From Calditrichia bacterium (GTDB taxonomy: Bacteria; Calditrichota; Calditrichia; JAJRVZ01), in contig CAWCNS010000004.1 of assembly GCA_963796965.1 (NCBI GenBank), forward strand, positions 672,001 to 736,000: a DNA stretch of 64,000 nt. Reading direction: 5' to 3'. The notes beneath the pieces were generated by a model, which saw nothing but the letters and a program-made list of their open reading frames with translations, made no database searches and was not told the DNA's origin. The stretch's first letter is position 1; every line of letters starts with the position of its first letter. The position numbers were made by a program, and so were the translations under genes. Positions 33,298 through 43,374 of the stretch are shown here, in pieces.

Positions 33298-34428
33298 ATG
33301 CCATTATCTTCATATCGCACATATTTTCCGATCACTGCAACGGATATATATCTAAATCATGCAGCAGTCTCACCACTTTCTACAAAAGTGGTGAAGGCTA
33401 TCAATGACATAATGAGCAGTCGCTCTCAGGGGCCAATTGAAATCTTTCCACAACTCAGTGAGGAAATTATTGGCTTAAAAAACAATTTGGGAACCTTTAT
33501 CGGTGCAGATAAGGAAAATATAGCGATCATTTCTAATACATCTGAAGGTTTCAATTGGTTAGTTCAGGGTCTCGATTGGAAAGACGGTGACCGGGTACTT
33601 TTAGTTGATCAGGAATTCCCCGCCAATATTTATCCTTTTTTAAATTTGGAACAAAAGGGAGTGTCAATTGATTATGTTCCTTTGCGTAATGGTTTTATTT
33701 ATCCGGATGAGATCGAGAAAAAAATTCAGCCAAGGACTCGTCTACTTTCCATCAGCTTTGTTGAGTTCTTAAATGGATTTAAGAATAATCTTCCGGAAAT
33801 AGGAAAGGTATGTAAGAAGAATGAGATCATCTTTAGTGTTGATGGCATTCAGGGGGTCGGTGCCCTGCCAATCGATATGAAAATCTGTGGCATTGATTTT
33901 TTATCAAATGGTGGACATAAATGGCTTATGGGCCCTCAGGGTTGTGGCTTTATGTATCTGGCTCCTGATTTAATGACGCAACTTAAACCTGCTTTTGCCG
34001 GTTGGTTGTCGGTTAAAGACAGTTGGAATTTCTTTGACTACCGACTGGATTTTCTCGATGATGCCCGACGCTTTGAAATTGGTACCATGAACGTATTCGG
34101 TATTGTCGGATTACGTGCCGCAACGGATTTGTTGCTCAAAGCAGGGACAGCCAGAATAGAGCAACATTTACTGGGATTAGGCAGTCGGTTGATTGCGGGA
34201 TTGGAAGAGGTCGGATTTAAATCAGTTGGATCAGATAAACAATCTGAAAGATCGGGAATCTATTCATTTACTGGACCAAACCCAGATGAAATGGTAAAAT
34301 ATCTCCAGGCAAACAGGATTCACCTTTCACTGCGGAATGAGATTATCCGCTTCGCGCCACATTTTTATAACACTTATGAAGAAATTGATGAAGTGATCCG
34401 GCTTTGTGGAAGATTTGTGAGAAAATAA
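33298..34428 (+). CDS. Class V aminotransferase / cysteine desulfurase-like protein
   Basis: YLNHAAVSP, VDGIQ, GGHKWLMGPQG, RFEIGT, RFAPHFYN. Confidence 0.9.
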   Translation: MPLSSYRTYFPITATDIYLNHAAVSPLSTKVVKAINDIMSSRSQGPIEIFPQLSEEIIGLKNNLGTFIGADKENIAIISNTSEGFNWLVQGLDWKDGDRVLLVDQEFPANIYPFLNLEQKGVSIDYVPLRNGFIYPDEIEKKIQPRTRLLSISFVEFLNGFKNNLPEIGKVCKKNEIIFSVDGIQGVGALPIDMKICGIDFLSNGGHKWLMGPQGCGFMYLAPDLMTQLKPAFAGWLSVKDSWNFFDYRLDFLDDARRFEIGTMNVFGIVGLRAATDLLLKAGTARIEQHLLGLGSRLIAGLEEVGFKSVGSDKQSERSGIYSFTGPNPDEMVKYLQANRIHLSLRNEIIRFAPHFYNTYEEIDEVIRLCGRFVRK

Positions 34429-34545
34429 GTGAATTGAGAAGTGTAAAGTGAAAAGTATAAAAAGGTAAGAAAATATCTAATTTTATGTCTTTTTCTCTCC
34501 ACTCTCCACTCTCTTCTCTATTCGATAATTACTATGGGAGGATAG

Positions 34546-36696
34546 ATGAAAAATAAATACATGGGTAGAATCGTAGCGGGCATTTTATTAGGCGCATTAG
34601 CGGCGGTGATTGTCTGGTTCCTTTCAACTCTTATTTTTCCTGAGCTTTTTTATTCGTTTGAGGCCAGAACCTATGATAGCCGGGTAGCCATTGATATACA
34701 GGATGTCCCGTCGCAGAGTATTGATGATATTGTTATTATTGATATGGACGGCCGCAGTGAAACGGAGCTGGGCCGGTTTCAACAATGGCCCCGATCTTAT
34801 TTTACGAATATAGTAAATTATCTTGACAAGGGTCGTGCTGCTATAATAGGTCTTGATATTCTGTTTGTGGAAGATAAAAGAGATCCGAAATCAGATCAGG
34901 ATTTTATTAAATCTGTGGCAAATTCAGGAAATATTGTAAATGCGTTATATTTTGAGCAAGAAGATTCGCTCAGCTGGCGCTATAAGATGCAAACACCGCC
35001 TCGCGAATTTGAATGGGAAAAATTTGCCTATTTCTTTGATGAAGATAAAAGAAATGTATTTCCTTCAAATGATCGTATTGGCAATGAATTTTATAATTTA
35101 TTAAATGCCGGGTATTCTCTTGGCCATGTAAATTTTAGGAGCGATGTGGATGGCGTTGTTCGAAAAATTCATCTTTTCAGTAATTTTCTTGATCAATCCT
35201 ATCCTTCCTTAGCTTTCAGAATGTTTACCAGCCTTGCCGGAATTAACGAAGTGGATGTCATTAAGGGGGAAGGAATCAGACTTCTATCAGAGGGTGAGGA
35301 AGTGGGAATAATACCTTTGGATCAGAACGGGAATATGCTTATAAACTGGTTTGGGAATTTTCAAACTTTTCGATATATATCTTTTTACGATGTGTTGGAG
35401 GGAAGAGTACCTGCTGAATATTTCGAAAATAAAATAATATTGGTTGGTACATCGCTTCCGGGTTTATTTGACCTGAGAAGCACCCCTTTTAATACACAGT
35501 TCCCGGGAGTAGAGATCCATGCAAATATTCTTTATACCCTTTTAAACGGCGATTATATATCAACCGTTTCCTCGGGGGAATCTTTCCTTTTTTATGCCGG
35601 GTTGGGCATACTCGTTGGTGTAATTATTATCTTCTTATCGCCAATTTGGAGTGTCATAATCATATTCTTAGTCGGTATCCTGGAAATTTTCCTTGCTTAT
35701 TATATCCAATGGGAATTCAATTTATGGTTACCAATTATTACACCGGTTGTTACCTTATTAGTTACCTTTAGTCTTATCTATATCTATAAATATAATACGG
35801 AGGAGAAGGGCAAACGCTTTATAAAGGATACGTTCTCCCATTTTGTCACACATTCCGTTGTGGAAGAATTACTAGCAAATCCGGAAAAGATAAAATTAGG
35901 AGGAGAACGGAAAAATTGTACGGTGATGTTTAGTGATGTGGCTGGATTCACAACCGTATCTGAACAATTGACACCGGAAGCATTGGTGAAATTGCTTAAC
36001 GATTACCTTACAGAGATGACAAATATCATATTTAAGTATGATGGCATGCTCGATAAATATGAAGGTGATGCCATTATGGCTGTTTTTGGAGCCCCTATTG
36101 AGCATGGCAACCATGCCTATAACGCTTGTGCTGCTGCCTTAGGGATGCAAGAGCAGTTGATCAAATTACGGGAAATGTGGGGTAAACAGGGCCGACCCCA
36201 ATTGCATGCACGAATAGGTCTAAATTCAGGGGATATGGTTGTGGGAAATATGGGCTCGGAGACACGCTTTGATTATACGGTTATGGGAGATGCGGTAAAC
36301 CTGGGGGCACGTCTGGAACCGGCAAATAAACAATATGGAACGATGATTATGATCGGAGAAAATACATATAAAATGGCAGGAGAAAAAATCTTTGCCAGAC
36401 AACTTGATATGTTGCGTGTGAAAGGTAAAACAGCACCCGAAAAGGTGTATGAATTGGTGGGATTAACAGATGTGGGAATCTCTGATGCCAAAAAACAGGT
36501 ACTTGATATCTTCGAAAAGGGTTTTGAACTCTATTTAAAACAGGAATGGCAGTTATCTCAAAATTATTTTAAACAAGCCCTGGCTATCGACCGTTTTGAT
36601 AATCCCTCAAAAACATATACCCAGCGCTGCGAAAAATTTTTAGCAAATCCTCCCGATGATAATTGGGACGGGGTTTTTACCATGCTGACAAAATGA
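34546..36696 (+). CDS. CHASE2-domain class III adenylate cyclase
   Basis: QWPRS and PGVEIHA (CHASE2); FSDVAGFT, DKYEGD, DYTVMGDAVNLGARLE. Confidence 0.92.
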   Translation: MKNKYMGRIVAGILLGALAAVIVWFLSTLIFPELFYSFEARTYDSRVAIDIQDVPSQSIDDIVIIDMDGRSETELGRFQQWPRSYFTNIVNYLDKGRAAIIGLDILFVEDKRDPKSDQDFIKSVANSGNIVNALYFEQEDSLSWRYKMQTPPREFEWEKFAYFFDEDKRNVFPSNDRIGNEFYNLLNAGYSLGHVNFRSDVDGVVRKIHLFSNFLDQSYPSLAFRMFTSLAGINEVDVIKGEGIRLLSEGEEVGIIPLDQNGNMLINWFGNFQTFRYISFYDVLEGRVPAEYFENKIILVGTSLPGLFDLRSTPFNTQFPGVEIHANILYTLLNGDYISTVSSGESFLFYAGLGILVGVIIIFLSPIWSVIIIFLVGILEIFLAYYIQWEFNLWLPIITPVVTLLVTFSLIYIYKYNTEEKGKRFIKDTFSHFVTHSVVEELLANPEKIKLGGERKNCTVMFSDVAGFTTVSEQLTPEALVKLLNDYLTEMTNIIFKYDGMLDKYEGDAIMAVFGAPIEHGNHAYNACAAALGMQEQLIKLREMWGKQGRPQLHARIGLNSGDMVVGNMGSETRFDYTVMGDAVNLGARLEPANKQYGTMIMIGENTYKMAGEKIFARQLDMLRVKGKTAPEKVYELVGLTDVGISDAKKQVLDIFEKGFELYLKQEWQLSQNYFKQALAIDRFDNPSKTYTQRCEKFLANPPDDNWDGVFTMLTK

Positions 36697-36729
36697 AAGA
36701 TTGTAATTGGGAATTTTGTAAGGTTTTTA

Positions 36730-36974
36730 TCCACGAATTACACGAATTTTTATCAATGTCACTATTTAATAGTAATTAAATTGATATACTGATTGCAGAT
36801 ATAACTAACTTAACACTCTAATATATAAAATATAGAATTTGTGAAATTCGTCTATAATTAGTGTAATTCGTGGACAAAATCTTTGTGTCTTAGCGGCTTT
36901 GCGTGAGATTTAATTAATTGCCAGGTCAAATGACCTCCCCCTTAAATCCCCCTCCTTAGTAAGGAGGGGGGACC
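36730..36974. repeat. Stack of three repeat types: CACGAAT-family inverted repeat, a solo right arm, and a CCCCCTCCTTAGTAAGGAGGGGG hairpin
   Basis: 36730-36874, 36881-36908 and 36934-36974. Confidence 0.8.
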
Positions 36975-37000
36975 AAAGCATTACTAAATATGGATAAACG

Positions 37001-38413
37001 ATGATCAAGACAGAAAATAAAGACATACAATCTAAAATTGAAGAGGTCTATCAGAATTCTCAGGATCATATATTTCAATTTTGGGATAATTTAGGCGAAA
37101 CACAAAGAGCAAATTTACTTGCTCAGGTCAACTTAATTGATTTTGATCTCTTAAATAAATTAAAGAATCAGGTCCTGAACACCGAAGAAATAGGACAATC
37201 CCCACATTTAGAACCCCCGGATGTGGTAACTCTTGAACAACGCTTTGAATCGGACCCTGCCGCGGAGGAAGCCGGTGGTGTTGCCTTGTCCCGGGGAGAG
37301 ATCGCTGCTTGTCTCGTTGCCGGCGGACAGGGAACAAGGTTGGGCTTTGATGGCCCGAAAGGGATGTATCCTGTAACCCCTGTAAAGAAAAAAAGTCTAT
37401 TCCAATTACATGCTGAAAAGCTTCTGGCCATTGGGAATCAGTATCGTACTCAGATTCCCTGGTATATTATGACCAGCATGACCAATAAGGATCAAACCGC
37501 ACAATTTTTTAAACAAAACAGCTACTTTGGTTACGATGAGAAAAATATATTTATTTTTATTCAGGAAATGATCCCGGCAATAAACAGAGAGGGCAAATTA
37601 ATCCTGGATCGGCCTGATCATATCTTTATGAATCCAAATGGTCATGGTGGTTCGATTAGTGCTCTTTGGAATAGTGGTGCTCTGGCTAATATGAAAAAGC
37701 GAGGGATTAAACATGTCTTTTATTTTCAGGTTGATAATGTATTAACCCGTATCTGTGATCCGATCTATATAGGATATCACATTTTAAATAATTCAGAAAT
37801 GTCCTGTAAAGTTGTACGGAAAAAGTATCCGGAGGAAAAAATGGGAGTATTGTGCCGGATCGATGATAGTCTTCACCTGATAGAATATAGTGATATGAGC
37901 CAGGAAGATATGTATGCACAAGCTGCCAATGGCTCCCTCAAATTGTGGGCCGGAAATATTGCCACCCATCTCTTTGATCGCCGCTTCCTGGAAGCGGAAA
38001 ATGAAGAAGGTTTTAAATTACCTTATCATATTGCAGAAAAGAGTATCCCCTATGTGAACACGTCGGGAAAGTTGATAAGACCAGAGGATAAAAATGGTAT
38101 AAAATTTGAGACCTTTGTATTTGATGCGCTCATTGATGCACGCAAGACGGTGTGTATTGAAGTTGACAGAAAAAAAGAATTCAGCCCATTAAAAAATAAA
38201 GAGGGTGAGAATTCACCAGAAACAGTTAGGAAGGACTTAATCAGAACCTATACAGATTGGCTGTTAAGTTCTGGTCATAAATTGCCTCCCTCAATCGGCG
38301 AAGGCTCCGCAGGAGCAATAGAAATTTCTCCGCTGAGATCCTTAAAGGGAGAAAATCTGGATACCAAAAAGGTTAAAATTGATAGGAAGAACAACCAAAT
38401 TTATATAGCCTAG
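37001..38413 (+). CDS. UDPGP type 1 family nucleotide-sugar pyrophosphorylase (UAP1-like)
   Basis: LVAGGQGTRLG, PKG, PNGHGG, QVDN, IEYS, KFETFVFD, FSPLKN. Confidence 0.9.
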   Translation: MIKTENKDIQSKIEEVYQNSQDHIFQFWDNLGETQRANLLAQVNLIDFDLLNKLKNQVLNTEEIGQSPHLEPPDVVTLEQRFESDPAAEEAGGVALSRGEIAACLVAGGQGTRLGFDGPKGMYPVTPVKKKSLFQLHAEKLLAIGNQYRTQIPWYIMTSMTNKDQTAQFFKQNSYFGYDEKNIFIFIQEMIPAINREGKLILDRPDHIFMNPNGHGGSISALWNSGALANMKKRGIKHVFYFQVDNVLTRICDPIYIGYHILNNSEMSCKVVRKKYPEEKMGVLCRIDDSLHLIEYSDMSQEDMYAQAANGSLKLWAGNIATHLFDRRFLEAENEEGFKLPYHIAEKSIPYVNTSGKLIRPEDKNGIKFETFVFDALIDARKTVCIEVDRKKEFSPLKNKEGENSPETVRKDLIRTYTDWLLSSGHKLPPSIGEGSAGAIEISPLRSLKGENLDTKKVKIDRKNNQIYIA

Positions 38414-38441
38414 TATTAATGTTTCTATAATGTATTACATT

Positions 38442-38504
38442 TTACTCTTTACTCTTTACTCTCTACTCTCTACTCTCCACTCTCCACTCTCCACTCTCTA
38501 CTCT
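38442..38504. repeat. Nine tandem YYACTCT heptamers
   Basis: TTACTCT x3, CTACTCT x2, CCACTCT x3, CTACTCT. Confidence 0.95.
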
Positions 38505-38510
38505 CTAAGA

Positions 38511-39770
38511 CTAGCTCCGGCTTACCACGCATTGATTCCTCCCTTTCTTTTTGGCAGAATAAAGAGATTTATCGGCTGCCTCAATAACATCCTCGGGAGT
38601 TTTTAAATTCTCACTGCGCTGGGCGAGTCCAATGCTTATAGTAATTTTGATTTTTTTCCCATCAGGTGAATTTTTTCCACGGTCCTTTTCCGACTTGCTA
38701 CTCCGTTTGGTTTCACTCATACGGATAAAAAAACGGCTCTTATCCAATTCTTCACGCATTTGTTCAAGCCGCCAGATTACTTCACTCGCTTTACGGCCAG
38801 GGTAAATGATTGAAAACTCTTCCCCACCATATCTAAACACTTTCGATTTGCTGTAGTACTTCAAATGGGAGGCCACATATCGCAGGGCATTATCCCCTTC
38901 AGTATGACCATAGGTATCATTAAATTTTTTAAAATGATCGATATCGAGCATGGCAATGGAATATTTTCGACCAAGTTTTTTTAGTTGTTCATTAAATGCA
39001 CGACGATTTGGAACACTGGTTAATTCGTCAATATACACGTTTTGCCAGTATAATTTATAAACCGAATATAAATTGATTAGCCCAATAATGGTAAAGGCGA
39101 AAGCATTGTAAATTTTCAAATCCAGTGAGAATTCCTGGATAATAATGTTCTTATTAAAAACCATCAATAATGTAATAAATGACAGGACAAGAGCAATCTT
39201 ATAGGAATAAATAGCCTTTTCCTGGCGGATCAATAGAAATATTGATGTGCTGATCAGTGCCGGCCAAATCAAATCTGGTAGAATCCAAAGATCTGAAGAT
39301 AAAACCCACTGCCCTGAAAATATTTTCTCCAGGAGTAAATTCTCAGATTTTGTGATCATATAACTCGCTATCAATATGACAATGACACTACCCAGTCTCA
39401 GCAGACTAAATAATCCCAAAAATGCACCTTCATCAAGAATGAAGAAAAACAAAAAATTGGCAATCGAAAAAATGATAAGAACTTTTTGAAAATAATCGTA
39501 ATCGATAGGTTGAAGCGCTCTAAAAGCAAGACCATGTACGGATATAAATAATAATAAGAGGAGAATAGTAGAATATAAAATACGGGTTTGATTGAGACGA
39601 AGTCCCAAAAAGGCGACAAGTCCCAACAAAAGAATGGGCGCAAGAAAAAATAACTCGTATGCGGTTGATACGGCAGTATAGGGAGGCAACATCGGTTTGA
39701 TTAAGGGTAGAAAAGCCGGTGCACAAGCAAGTATGAGTAAAAGGAAGATTCTAAAATGGAGACTTTTCAT
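38511..39770 (-). CDS. Membrane-bound diguanylate cyclase (GGDEF)
   Basis: DELT..NRR, DIDHFKKFNDTYGH, RYGGEEF; multiple TM segments. Confidence 0.92.
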   Translation of the reverse strand: MKSLHFRIFLLLILACAPAFLPLIKPMLPPYTAVSTAYELFFLAPILLLGLVAFLGLRLNQTRILYSTILLLLLFISVHGLAFRALQPIDYDYFQKVLIIFSIANFLFFFILDEGAFLGLFSLLRLGSVIVILIASYMITKSENLLLEKIFSGQWVLSSDLWILPDLIWPALISTSIFLLIRQEKAIYSYKIALVLSFITLLMVFNKNIIIQEFSLDLKIYNAFAFTIIGLINLYSVYKLYWQNVYIDELTSVPNRRAFNEQLKKLGRKYSIAMLDIDHFKKFNDTYGHTEGDNALRYVASHLKYYSKSKVFRYGGEEFSIIYPGRKASEVIWRLEQMREELDKSRFFIRMSETKRSSKSEKDRGKNSPDGKKIKITISIGLAQRSENLKTPEDVIEAADKSLYSAKKKGRNQCVVSRS

Positions 39771-39996
39771 ATTTAATTATCTTTTTCAGTACCTATAGTT
39801 GCCTAAGATTTCTATCGAGCAGTAACAGGAAAAGTTTAGCCAAATTGCAATTATTTTCATGGGTAATGCCCTGCCAATCGCTCTTTTTAATATATAGAAA
39901 ATATATTTTAGATGTAATGATAAATTAAAATTTTAGATGTGGGGTCGAATTGCTATTCTTATTGAAATTATTTAAATTTTTGCCCTTAATTTAAAA

Positions 39997-40069
39997 GCCA
40001 CCGTAGCTCAGCTGGTAGAGCAGTTCACTCGTAATGATCAGGTCAGCGGTTCAACTCCGCTCGGTGGCT
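39997..40069 (+). tRNA. tRNA-Thr (anticodon CGT), CCA not encoded
   Basis: Acceptor stem GCCACCG/CGGTGGC, D-arm, anticodon loop CTCGTAA, T-arm GGTTCAACTCC. Confidence 0.95.
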
Positions 40070-40122
40070 CTTTGATTTTATTTGTTTAACTGACTGCTTC
40101 CCCCTAATAGGATTTCACTCAT

Positions 40123-40243
40123 TTAACGCAAAAATCGCAAAGATTATTAACCACCACCTAAAACGCGGTAAACCGAAAGCACCAAAACACAGCAAATATT
40201 TTTAATATAATATTGATTAATTTCGGTGATATTCGGTGGTTAA
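40123..40243. repeat. Periodic-arm inverted repeat directly after the tRNA
   Basis: TTAACCACC (40147) versus GGTGGTTAA (40243), preceded by TTAACGCAAAAATCGCAAAG. Confidence 0.6.
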
Positions 40244-40394
40244 TTAAATCTTTTGTTTGCAGCAATATGCTGCGATATGAATAGATCAGTTTAATTATTA
40301 TTTGTAAGTTTGATTACTGCATATGTTTATTGAGAACGTTAATCTGATACCCAGGTGTTAAAATATTTAGACAGGATTTAGTGAGAATTAGATC

Positions 40395-40871
40395 ATGATT
40401 TTTATGAAATACATTTTATTATTTGTTTTGGCTATTCAAATATTGCATTGTGACAAACATTCTGTTGTCGATTTTGACAAAACAAAAATCTTAAAAATCA
40501 GAGGACGGGTAATTGACAGGAACTCAAAGGACGGCGTGTCCGCGGCGAAGGTTCGATTTTATTCAATATATCGTCCTGCCGAGACAATTGTATTTACTGA
40601 TAATAGTGGATTTTATGAATTACTGACTTTTGAAGTATTCTGCTCTGAGTTTGTTGTTGTTCCGGAAGATATGGATCTAACATGGAGACCAAATGATCGT
40701 TATTTTATTTCCGCGACAAAAGTAGGATATGATACACTCACTTCAGGAGCCTTTTTTGCGGATATCCATTGTTTTGATATTGATCAGATTGTAAATATGA
40801 GTATTATCCATCTAAATCATCAGGAAGAATCGGTAAAAGAAAGGGGCATGCCCATACTTAATAATGATTAA
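40395..40871 (+). CDS. Putative lipoprotein with carboxypeptidase-regulatory-like domain
   Basis: Hydrophobic leader plus Cys; IRGRVID, TDNSGFY, SATKVGY. Confidence 0.6.
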   Translation: MIFMKYILLFVLAIQILHCDKHSVVDFDKTKILKIRGRVIDRNSKDGVSAAKVRFYSIYRPAETIVFTDNSGFYELLTFEVFCSEFVVVPEDMDLTWRPNDRYFISATKVGYDTLTSGAFFADIHCFDIDQIVNMSIIHLNHQEESVKERGMPILNND

Positions 40872-41088
40872 AACTTGGAATATTGAAAATATAAAAACTT
40901 TTTTATTTTATCATTTTGAAAACTATAAACTTAACCGCACTAATGAAAACTTATTATCAAAATATATTTGCATTTCTATATAAGTAATGTTTATACTTTG
41001 ATATATCTGAGAATCGCCATCCTTAAAATCAGACAAACCATATTTACATATATATAAATCTTACCCTATTATTTTGTGAGGTATTTTC

Positions 41089-41838
41089 TTGCCAACCGCT
41101 CTTGTTTCTAGTGAAGGCCAGGGAGGGACTGAAGAGTTAGAGAAGATAGTATCGAGCCTTAAACACTGGGAAATCCATAGGTATGATGAGGTGGAGAGGT
41201 CCGTTCAATCTCTCGATATGCTTTTAAATCAGGTGGATTTACATTTTCTTATTTACGATAAGCAGCTTAGTAAAGATTCTATCCAGGAATTAGATGGGAT
41301 ACGTAAACGAATGCCATTTACTTCGATCGTTTATTATCACAGCGTATTACTTAATCAACAATATCTCATTCTTGCCCAGTTTGAAGTAAATGCCTGTATT
41401 ATCGGGAAATACCGACAGAGATATCTGCTTGAATTATTACCCCGGTTATGGGATAAACACTGGAAAAAAATTCCAGCATGGATTTATTCTACGGATACTT
41501 CCTCATTAAATCCCTGGGCCAGCAGCGTCATATCATTTATTGAGAATCATACCTTAAACTTATGCAACCTGCATGACCTGTCTAATCATTTTAACATCTC
41601 AAAAAGTCACTTCCGTGCCGAATTCAGAGAAAATCTGGGAATAAATTTTAGAGAATTTAAGCAAAATTTGTTTATTCATTATGAAACCAAATTATTGGTT
41701 GAGAAAAAATATAAACCCATCGATGTCTATAAACTTTTGAACTATTCAAATCTGGCAAATTTTAGCCGCTCGTTTAAAAGTCGCCATGGCGAGAGCTGGC
41801 GAAATTTTAATAGTGGAGATACTGATATAAGTCATTGA
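41089..41838 (+). CDS. AraC-family transcriptional regulator
   Basis: C-terminal double HTH (LSNHFNISKSHF; YSNLANFSRSFK). Confidence 0.75.
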   Translation: MPTALVSSEGQGGTEELEKIVSSLKHWEIHRYDEVERSVQSLDMLLNQVDLHFLIYDKQLSKDSIQELDGIRKRMPFTSIVYYHSVLLNQQYLILAQFEVNACIIGKYRQRYLLELLPRLWDKHWKKIPAWIYSTDTSSLNPWASSVISFIENHTLNLCNLHDLSNHFNISKSHFRAEFRENLGINFREFKQNLFIHYETKLLVEKKYKPIDVYKLLNYSNLANFSRSFKSRHGESWRNFNSGDTDISH

Positions 41839-41980
41839 TATACTCAGAAATTTCTCTCGCAGAGGCGCAAAGACGCAGAGAAATAATTTATAAAATAGTA
41901 TAATATAAATTGTTGTAACCTGACCTGGTGTTGACAGATTTTAAAATTTGAATATGGGTCTTTAACGTATTTGCCAGTTA

Positions 41981-42050
41981 GTCATCCTGAACTTGATTCA
42001 GGATCTAAATAGGTGATCTTTATAAGATTCCGAAACTAGTTCGGAATGAC
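41981..42050. repeat. REP-like double-hairpin element GTCATCCTGAA...TTCGGAATGAC
   Basis: ATCCTGAA/TTCAGGAT and ATTCCGAA/TTCGGAAT hairpins within terminal GTCAT/ATGAC. Confidence 0.8.
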
Positions 42051-42170
42051 ATATACTATTCTCGATGAAATTAATAATGATTTTTCTTTTGTACACATCA
42101 GGTCCGGACAACACATCTAAATCTTAGTGTCAGAGTGTGAAAGAAATACAATTAGCAAAATATTCTCAAT

Positions 42171-42986
42171 ATGGAAGGGACAGGAATAAAACGTATCATG
42201 ATTTTTGACTGGAAAATCCAATATATATTCAAAAATATTATGATTGTTTTCCCAATGATTTTGTTTTTGCTTTATACTGGCGGGTGCTCAAAATCAACGT
42301 CATCAGGAAAAAATTATTATAGCGAGACCTCAGGTAATCAACCCAGAAGAGCAAAACAAATTCCCGAATATCGTCTTGGTTTTGGTGATGAAGTTGAGGT
42401 TAAATTTTTCAATAATGAAATATTTAATGAACGGGTGTCTGTGCGTCCCGATGGGCGGATAACCCTGGAACGCGTGGGCGATCTCTATGTCACCGGTATG
42501 ACGCCATCAGAACTTGATAGTTTGGTAACTGTAACCTATGCAGATATCATACGTGATCCTGAGGTCACTGTTTTCGTTCGCAAGTTTGGCAGTTATCAAA
42601 CCTATGTCCTGGGTGAGGTTTACAATCCCGGCGGTTATCCGGTTGAAAGAAATATGACGGTGATGCAGGCCTTAGCGGTAGCCGGAGGATTCAAATTCTC
42701 TGCTGCTATGGGTAGCATTATTATTCTCCGTCAGGATGAAAATGCGGAGGTTCATGCGCTCAAGGTAGATGTAAACGCTTATTTAGCAGGAGAACCTCTT
42801 ACGGTCTATTTTAAAGAGCAAGAAATTGAAATAGAGATGAATGAATTCTTTATCAAACCCTTGGATTTAATATATGTACCTAAAACACCTATTGCTAATG
42901 TCGTCGCTTTTCTGGAACAGGTTTATGCCGGATTGTTACCCCCAATCGATGTGTATTTACGGGCATTACTCTGGTCACGGTATTAA
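42171..42986 (+). CDS. Polysaccharide export lipoprotein (Wza-like)
   Basis: YRLGFGD, VRPDGRITL, VLGEVYNPG, QALAVAGG; lipobox. Confidence 0.9.
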   Translation: MEGTGIKRIMIFDWKIQYIFKNIMIVFPMILFLLYTGGCSKSTSSGKNYYSETSGNQPRRAKQIPEYRLGFGDEVEVKFFNNEIFNERVSVRPDGRITLERVGDLYVTGMTPSELDSLVTVTYADIIRDPEVTVFVRKFGSYQTYVLGEVYNPGGYPVERNMTVMQALAVAGGFKFSAAMGSIIILRQDENAEVHALKVDVNAYLAGEPLTVYFKEQEIEIEMNEFFIKPLDLIYVPKTPIANVVAFLEQVYAGLLPPIDVYLRALLWSRY

Positions 42987-43150
42987 GCCTGGAAAAGGAA
43001 AAAGGTAAAAGGTAAAGGGAAGAGTAAGTAAAAAGTAAAAAGGCAAAATAAAATAAAATCTTTGTGTACTTAGTGCCTACTTTGTGACCTTTGTGTTTAG
43101 TCTTTGTATGAATTATTGCATCACGGATAGATGTTGTTTTGGTATGGGTT

Positions 43151-43183
43151 GTCAGTATTTGTAACTGACCTGGCGAAGCCGTG
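43151..43183 (+). promoter_or_regulatory. JUMPstart/ops-like element
   Basis: Hairpin GTCAGT-ATTTGTA-ACTGAC then GGCGAAGCCGTG (enterobacterial ops is GGCGGTAGCGTG). Confidence 0.45.
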
Positions 43184-43374
43184 CCTGGAGCGTTGAGCGT
43201 AGAGGGTGGAGAGTAGAAGAGCGAAAAGAGAAAGGTTGAGTGTAGAGAGTAAGGAGTTAATAGGTCCTTTCTACATTTGATGTTGAATATATGTGTTCCT
43301 GCTTTCTGCATTCTGCTTACTGCTTTCTCTAATCTTTCAGAATAATTCGTGAAATTCGTGGATAAAGGAAATTT

